Of a DNA stretch of 64,000 nucleotides, positions 58,427 through 64,000 are shown piece after piece (the first letter of the stretch is position 1; each line of letters opens with the position of its first letter). The stretch is from Bdellovibrionales bacterium. Lineage in GTDB: Bacteria > Bdellovibrionota > Bdellovibrionia > Bdellovibrionales > UBA1609. Below the pieces are notes generated by a model. The model was not told where the DNA came from and ran no database searches. It saw only the letters and a list, made by a program, of their open reading frames with translations. Both the position numbers and the translations under genes were made by a program. Location of the stretch: positions 1 through 64,000 of the forward strand of contig DAHVQG010000009.1 of assembly GCA_027317865.1 (NCBI GenBank), written 5' to 3'.

Positions 58427-59227
58427 CTAGTTCATTGAAGCGGGAGTGCGGCTAGCCCGGACTTGGTCATTGATCTTGACCCAATCGCGATTCATAAACA
58501 TCGAGGCGACCGTACCATAGCTGCGGTATCGGCGAATGACGGCTCGAGCCGTCGGGTAGTCGTGGTATTTCATTAGAAAATGGACATACTCTCGAGCAAC
58601 TTCAAATTGTGGTTTTCGGTGTCGGTGATAGACAAGAAATGCAAATTCACGTTTTGCTTGAATTTTGTCGCCGAGTTTTGCGAGTACGTTGGCGTATTGT
58701 AGGCGTACCGAATCGCTTCGGCCTCCGAGCCGAAAATAAATATCATAGTTTTGCCGCGCTTGAGAAAGCTGGCCATGATCAGCTTGAATTTTGGCTAAAT
58801 GCGATAAATACGAAAGGTTGTGATGATCCATAGCAAACAATTGGGCGAGCGCTTGAATTTCACAGCCCCACTTTTGCTGATCGTCACAGATCGCAGCGAT
58901 CGACTTCAAATCACTGGGGCTTGCCACACCCAATACCTGTTTGATTTTAAGCGGGATAATCTCAAACGCGTGGCCGCGCCAAATAATCAGATGAGCGGCA
59001 ATTAAAACTCCCGCGATTACCATTAAAAAGAGACGGCGCAAAAGTATAATATCGCTTTTGGTATGATGTTCTGAAATGAGATCGACGACCTGGCCGCAGC
59101 TGCAGTAGGCCTTATTTTGAATAATGCGTTCCGACTCAATTGGTTTTTGACATGTTGGGCAGTTCATTAGAAGCATATCAATTGACAATGCAAAAGTTGT
59201 ACATAACGGGGTGGCGCTGAATTGCAA
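58427..59227 (-). CDS. Zn-ribbon + TM + TPR-like protein
   Basis: CPTC..CSCG, one TM helix, helical repeats; likely start 59176 or 59167. Confidence 0.7.
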   Translation of the reverse strand: MQFSATPLCTTFALSIDMLLMNCPTCQKPIESERIIQNKAYCSCGQVVDLISEHHTKSDIILLRRLFLMVIAGVLIAAHLIIWRGHAFEIIPLKIKQVLGVASPSDLKSIAAICDDQQKWGCEIQALAQLFAMDHHNLSYLSHLAKIQADHGQLSQARQNYDIYFRLGGRSDSVRLQYANVLAKLGDKIQAKREFAFLVYHRHRKPQFEVAREYVHFLMKYHDYPTARAVIRRYRSYGTVASMFMNRDWVKINDQVRASRTPASMN

Positions 59228-59295
59228 CTGATTGGTAGAAATCTATCAATCATTTAGTCACTGTTAATTTGCTAACAGTTTTTGGAGAATATCAA

Positions 59296-60480
59296 ATGGA
59301 ACCGTTTCAAAATGAGACTCGAAATGCCGTAGCTGCGCCGGTTTTGTTCGGGGTCGAGTCGGTCGGGTCGGTTGGGATTGCAACCGTGGAATTGAACCGT
59401 CCCGCGATTTTAAACGCACTTGATACCGACTGCTACAAGCTACTCGAGTCGCGATTGATTGAGTGGCAAAACGATTCAACGGTTGGCGCAATTATAATTT
59501 CGGGTAAGGGCGGTAAAGCATTTTGCGCCGGAGGTGATGTAAAGGGTTTAGTTCTTAAATCAAAAGAGTTTGGGCTTAAAATCGCTCTTGAATTTTTCAC
59601 TCACGAATATTTCGTCGACGGATTTGTGCACAATTATAGAAAGCCAATTGTCGCAATCTGCGATGGTATCACCATGGGCGGCGGGCTAGGCCTTGCGGCT
59701 GGCGCCATTCTTCGAATTGCGACCGAACGAACTTTAGTGGCCATGCCGGAGCTTTCAATTGGTTTATTTCCGGATGTCGGCGCAACTCGCTTTTTGGGCG
59801 ATGTTAATATGCCCGGATTTGAATCGCGTCGCGTACGGGCCCCGTTTGGGCTTTTTATGGGACTCACCGGTGCTCGGCTAAGCGGTGCTGATGCCGTTCG
59901 CATCGGTCTCATGGATGCCTTTGTACCCACTACGCGCCTGCGACATTTGCATGCGGATCTCTTGCGCGCAATGAACGCAGAAAGGAGCTCGGAATCGAAC
60001 GAGCGGGCCGTGACCGCGAATGTGAAAGCTGTGGTGGCGAAGAATTCGCAGCAGGCAACTTCGGGTATAACCGAAACAGATGAACACATAATTGAGGATA
60101 TTTTTTCGCTAGATGATCTATTAAAAATCGACCGGCGCTTTAAAGAAGTACGTAAACTTTCACCATGGCTTGAAGAGACGCGAACGCGGTATTTGAAAGG
60201 GTCGCCACTTTCGCGCCGGGTATTCTTTGAAGCGTTTCATCGACACCGCAATCTTTCTATAATTGAAACGTTAACCCGCGAGTGGGAGATGTCGATTTGT
60301 TTTTCTAAGGGAAGTGAATTCGCCGAGGGTGTCCGTGCTGTTTTAATCGAAAAAGATCATGCACCGAAATGGAGATATTCGGCGCTCGATCAAATACCCG
60401 GTGAAGTGATCGAGTCCATGTTTCGTTCGGGTGAGCCCGAAAACCTATTGGTTGAAAAGTTTCGCGAGTTCGGCTTCTAG
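59296..60480 (+). CDS. Enoyl-CoA hydratase family, 3-hydroxyisobutyryl-CoA hydrolase-like
   Basis: LNRP..LNAL, AFCAGGDV, MGGG, MPE..IGLFPDVG, EGVRAVLI. Confidence 0.88.
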   Translation: MEPFQNETRNAVAAPVLFGVESVGSVGIATVELNRPAILNALDTDCYKLLESRLIEWQNDSTVGAIIISGKGGKAFCAGGDVKGLVLKSKEFGLKIALEFFTHEYFVDGFVHNYRKPIVAICDGITMGGGLGLAAGAILRIATERTLVAMPELSIGLFPDVGATRFLGDVNMPGFESRRVRAPFGLFMGLTGARLSGADAVRIGLMDAFVPTTRLRHLHADLLRAMNAERSSESNERAVTANVKAVVAKNSQQATSGITETDEHIIEDIFSLDDLLKIDRRFKEVRKLSPWLEETRTRYLKGSPLSRRVFFEAFHRHRNLSIIETLTREWEMSICFSKGSEFAEGVRAVLIEKDHAPKWRYSALDQIPGEVIESMFRSGEPENLLVEKFREFGF

Positions 60481-61698
60481 ATTTTGGCGCTTCACTTCTG
60501 ATTGCGCACCGGTGTCGAGAATTTTGAGTGTCACGACATGTTTGGCAAGCTCTTGTTCGCCGATAATAACCGCGCCGAGTGCTCTATGTGCCACAGCTTT
60601 TTTCATTCGATTGCTCATGTTGCCTGAATAGCTTAAATCGATCACGAAACCTTTTCCCCGCAGTTCATGGGCGAGTCGCGTACATTCCCGTTCGGCTTTA
60701 TCACCGACCGGGATCAATGCCACCGGGCGAGTCGACAACGGGTCTTCAAGCATCAAAAGGCTTAATCGTTCGATCCCGGCCGCCCAACCAACAGCTGGTG
60801 TCGGGCTGCCCCCCATCATTTCGCAAAGTCCGTCGTAGCGTCCGCCCGAAAGAACCGCGTCTTGCGCACCAAGAGCGTGCGTTCGAAATTCAAATACAAG
60901 GTGCGAATAATAATCAAGACCGCGGACAAGTTTCTGATTGATCGAATATGCGATACCGAGATCTTTTAGACTCTTTTGGATTCGCTCAAACTGCGTGCGG
61001 GAAGATTCGTTGAGATCGTCAAGTAAACGAGGGGCACTTTCGTTGACTTCAATGTCATTTTTATCTTTTGAATCCAAAATGCGCAGTGGATTGAGCGATA
61101 GCCGCTTTCGGCTGTCTTCGCTGAGATGCGACTCGTGCTGCTTATAATAGTCGACGAGGTGAATACGATAAAGGTCGCGCGACTCCTTATCGCCGATCGA
61201 GTTGATTTCGAGGTAGGTTCGTTCGGCCACCCCCAAAGCGTTGAGAAGATTTTGCGCAAGTGAAATCAGTTCCACATCCGCATCGCCGCCTTCGGGTCCG
61301 AGAAGTTCAGCGCCGATTTGGTAAAATTGTCGATATCGGCCCTTTTGTGGGCGCTCATACCGAAACATGGGGCCCTCATAAAACCATTTGACCGGAAGTT
61401 GCCGCTGCAAACCGTGTTCAATGAATGCACGCATGGCCCCAGCCGTGCCTTCGGGTCTAAGGCTCAGCAAATCGCCGCCTTTGTCGGTGAAGGTGTACAT
61501 TTCTTTTGTCACGATGTCGGAGGCGTCGCCGAGCGTGCGCGAAAATACGCCTGTTGGTTCAAAAACCGGCGTTTTGATTTCTTCAAAACCATAGTACGCA
61601 GCAATCCGGCGTGCCGTCTCAACAATATAACGGTACCGTTTGACTGTTGAATCTAATAGATCATGTGCTCCACGCACTGCCTGCAGTTTTTGTGACAT
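60445..61698 (-). CDS. hisS: Histidine--tRNA ligase
   Basis: LRPEGTA, FRYERPQKGRYRQF, VRGLDYY, GGRYDGL, GIERL. Confidence 0.97.
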   Translation of the reverse strand: MSQKLQAVRGAHDLLDSTVKRYRYIVETARRIAAYYGFEEIKTPVFEPTGVFSRTLGDASDIVTKEMYTFTDKGGDLLSLRPEGTAGAMRAFIEHGLQRQLPVKWFYEGPMFRYERPQKGRYRQFYQIGAELLGPEGGDADVELISLAQNLLNALGVAERTYLEINSIGDKESRDLYRIHLVDYYKQHESHLSEDSRKRLSLNPLRILDSKDKNDIEVNESAPRLLDDLNESSRTQFERIQKSLKDLGIAYSINQKLVRGLDYYSHLVFEFRTHALGAQDAVLSGGRYDGLCEMMGGSPTPAVGWAAGIERLSLLMLEDPLSTRPVALIPVGDKAERECTRLAHELRGKGFVIDLSYSGNMSNRMKKAVAHRALGAVIIGEQELAKHVVTLKILDTGAQSEVKRQNLEAELAKLFNQ

Positions 61699-61750
61699 AG
61701 AGTCTTCATCATAGTAGACTGTTGTACGTTCGGCAACGTCGGAGAATAAA

Positions 61751-62407
61751 GTGACTGATACGAGTTACATTGATATATCACCGCTAATTTCAGAACGAAC
61801 GGCCGTATATCCTGGCGATACCGCATTTTCTCGGCATGTGACTTTGGACATGGTTCGCGGCGATCACCTCACGCTATCGGATATCCGCACCACTCTTCAT
61901 GTTGGAGCGCATGTCGATGCACCCAATCACTATGCACGCGACGGAGTTGGAATTGACGAGCGCGCCCTTGATTTTTACTTTGGAATTTGCCAAGTCATTC
62001 GCGTGTCATTTGAGGTTAAGCGCAAAAAAGCAAAATCTAACGAAGATTTACGAATTCGCCCCGCCGATTTATCCGGCGTCGAAATCCAGGCGCCGCGCGT
62101 TTTGTTTGCCACGGGGACATTCCCTGAGCCGAATAGGTGGAATGATGATTTTGCGTCGTTATCACCTGAATTGGTTGATTTTCTCGCAGATCGGGGAGTG
62201 CGCCTTGTGGGCATCGACACTCCCTCAATTGACCCATCAGAATCGAAAGAGCTCGAATCGCATAACGCTATTGCCAAACACGACATGGCCATTCTCGAAG
62301 GGATTATTCTTAATAATGTTGAGCCGGGGATTTACACTTTGATTGCCCTGCCGTTGCGTCTAAAAAACGCCGATGCGTCGCCGGTGCGCGCGATATTGGT
62401 GAAATGA
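61751..62407 (+). CDS. kynB: Kynurenine formamidase (cyclase family)
   Basis: HVGAHVDAPNH, GIDTPSID, DASPVRA; adjacent to TDO. Confidence 0.85.
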   Translation: MTDTSYIDISPLISERTAVYPGDTAFSRHVTLDMVRGDHLTLSDIRTTLHVGAHVDAPNHYARDGVGIDERALDFYFGICQVIRVSFEVKRKKAKSNEDLRIRPADLSGVEIQAPRVLFATGTFPEPNRWNDDFASLSPELVDFLADRGVRLVGIDTPSIDPSESKELESHNAIAKHDMAILEGIILNNVEPGIYTLIALPLRLKNADASPVRAILVK

Positions 62408-62413
62408 GCCCCG

Positions 62414-63484
62414 TTAGCGATTCAACGCGAAACCCAGTTTTTGAGCGAATGCTTCGGGTAGCTTCGGCAAACGTGACCTCGGGATAAAAAACGTCGTGAG
62501 TTTATAAAAATCCTCGAAGATTTTGTGTTTCTCGGTTGTTTCGCGCAGATATTTTTCACCGGTTGACCCTCCCGAACCCATGCGGTTACCGAGCATGCGT
62601 TTAACCATTAAGGCATGACGGTAGCGCCATTGGGTGAAATGCGAATCGAGATTCAATACCTCAGTGATTAATCGAAACGGCAAATGAAATATCGGTTGAT
62701 CGCGATAGAGTTGAATTAAAAATGCGGCGTGAATTGCGCGATAGCTAAGCCGCCACTCGCCGCGTGCACGCTGCTTTTCGTAAGCGTCTTCATTGAATAA
62801 ATCCGCAAACATTTGACGCTGACCTTGGATGTTTGCGTAAAGCCGCGCCTTCTCGGCGTCGTTTAGTGTTTTGTTCTCGCGCACAAATGATTCGTCCTGT
62901 TCAAACATCGTGTCGACGGCGCGCCGGTATTCCTCCCAAAAAGCGAATTCTTTTGTATCAAGAAACGGAGTTCGCGCAAGCCATGCATCTAAACAATCAA
63001 AGAGACTAGGCTGTGTTTCAGACTGACGCACGGTTTTGGACTGGGCCGCTGAAATTTCGATGTAATACGGTTTTTCATGGTAGGGCAGACGATCATCGGG
63101 TCTTAAACCCAATTTGTTTTCAAGCAGGCGAAACTGGTAACTTTGAAAGCCTGAAGCCGAAAAAATCAAATCGCGAAATTCAAGAAAATCCATGGGTGTC
63201 ATCGTCTCAAGAATGTCAAACTGACCAGCGATGACGTGAAAAATGAGATTGACGCGCTCAAGCCGCGCCACAACCGTGTCCATTTCGCGTTCTTCGACAC
63301 GCGTGCGCGATAGCGTTTCAAGCGTAGAATTGAGTTCAAGAAGAATTTGCTTGAACCATAGCTCATAAGTGTGGTGAACGGTTATGAAAAGCCATTCATC
63401 GTGAGCCGGTCGGTTACTTGAAACGCTGAGCGGCTTTTGCGCAGTTAAAAGTTGATCGAGATGTAAATATTCTTCGTAATTCAT
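62414..63484 (-). CDS. kynA: Tryptophan 2,3-dioxygenase (long form)
   Basis: HDE.LFI..H..YELWFKQ, ASGFQS.QFR, WRYRH, GSGGS.G..YL. Confidence 0.95.
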   Translation of the reverse strand: MNYEEYLHLDQLLTAQKPLSVSSNRPAHDEWLFITVHHTYELWFKQILLELNSTLETLSRTRVEEREMDTVVARLERVNLIFHVIAGQFDILETMTPMDFLEFRDLIFSASGFQSYQFRLLENKLGLRPDDRLPYHEKPYYIEISAAQSKTVRQSETQPSLFDCLDAWLARTPFLDTKEFAFWEEYRRAVDTMFEQDESFVRENKTLNDAEKARLYANIQGQRQMFADLFNEDAYEKQRARGEWRLSYRAIHAAFLIQLYRDQPIFHLPFRLITEVLNLDSHFTQWRYRHALMVKRMLGNRMGSGGSTGEKYLRETTEKHKIFEDFYKLTTFFIPRSRLPKLPEAFAQKLGFALNR

Positions 63485-64000
63485 TGTGGAGCACCCGCTG
63501 GTGTCTTAGCACGTACGTGGTCAAGTCGGTCCATAAAATAATCGATGTCGGCACGGGTTACGTCGAACGAAATCATTAAACGCACCTCAAACGTCGAAAG
63601 ACCAGGACTTTCATCCCAAACGTAAAAGAACACGTGCTCGCGTAACTCGCGAACCCAAGATTTAGGGATGCGCGCAAACACGCTATTGGCTTGCACCGGT
63701 TGGGTAATCTTCACGTCGCTAACGGTAGACAGACGCGATTCCAAATACATGGCCAGTTGATGAGTTTCGTGCGCGACCACTCGCCAGAGTTCATTTTCAA
63801 AAAAGGCCAAAAACTGCGCGGATAAAAAGCGCATTTTTGAAGGCAGTTGCATATATTGTTTACGTAAGAACTTGAGGTTTTGTATCGCCTTTTCGGTCGC
63901 GGTATTCTTGAACAGCAAAACCGCTTCACCGTACAATAAGCCGTTTTTAGTGCCGCCAAACGAAACCGCATCGACCCCCAAATCGCTCGTTAGATCACGA
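63481..64000 (-). CDS. Low-specificity threonine aldolase family (5' end outside the window)
   Basis: SFGGTKNG PLP-lysine motif, SKMRF; ATGA-coupled to kynA. Confidence 0.85.
   Translation of the reverse strand, partial: RDLTSDLGVDAVSFGGTKNGLLYGEAVLLFKNTATEKAIQNLKFLRKQYMQLPSKMRFLSAQFLAFFENELWRVVAHETHQLAMYLESRLSTVSDVKITQPVQANSVFARIPKSWVRELREHVFFYVWDESPGLSTFEVRLMISFDVTRADIDYFMDRLDHVRAKTPAGAPQ

Noticed and set aside
3667..63971. Many 60-200 aa antisense or alternate-frame ORFs (e.g. 3750-4292, 42922-43431, 44591-45190, 59634-60089)
   Set aside because: They are shadow ORFs of well-supported genes, with no motifs of their own
1..64000. CRISPR arrays, tRNAs, IS elements, integrases, reverse transcriptases
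   Set aside because: None recognised by eye; tRNAscan, CRISPR finders and ISEScan were not run

Overview
This is a gene-dense bacterial chromosomal window with about 58 CDS. I recognised no rRNA, tRNA, CRISPR array, transposase or phage genes. Several features point, by inference, to a Bdellovibrionota-like predator: F(Q/D)NC-type lipoprotein signals, REC+HD-GYP paralogs, several secreted trypsins and Cys-rich secreted orphans, and FliA-type promoters. Housekeeping genes include hisS, an uup-like ABC-F, polX, sodB, kynA, kynB, a threonine aldolase and khpA. The window also holds a sigma54-driven nirK-nnrS pair, a dense two-component and cyclic-nucleotide signalling block (16.4-22.5 kb, 30.3-33.3 kb, 51.8-53.7 kb), a small aminosugar/LPS cluster, a roughly 12 kb run of secreted hydrolases (33.4-45.8 kb), and a clear fluoride riboswitch-crcB unit. 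The best candidate for an undescribed system is a set of signal-peptide proteins carrying domains that normally need cytoplasmic cofactors or targets (SAM methyltransferase, GNAT, a possible degenerate EndoU) plus a protein deamidase. Several secreted genes here sit behind sigma28-like promoters or share a terminal Cys-x-x-hydrophobic motif, which suggests an attack-phase effector repertoire. Two hairpin-rich intergenic regions behind sigma28-like promoters are candidate sRNAs. All calls come from reading motifs by eye; no database searches were run.
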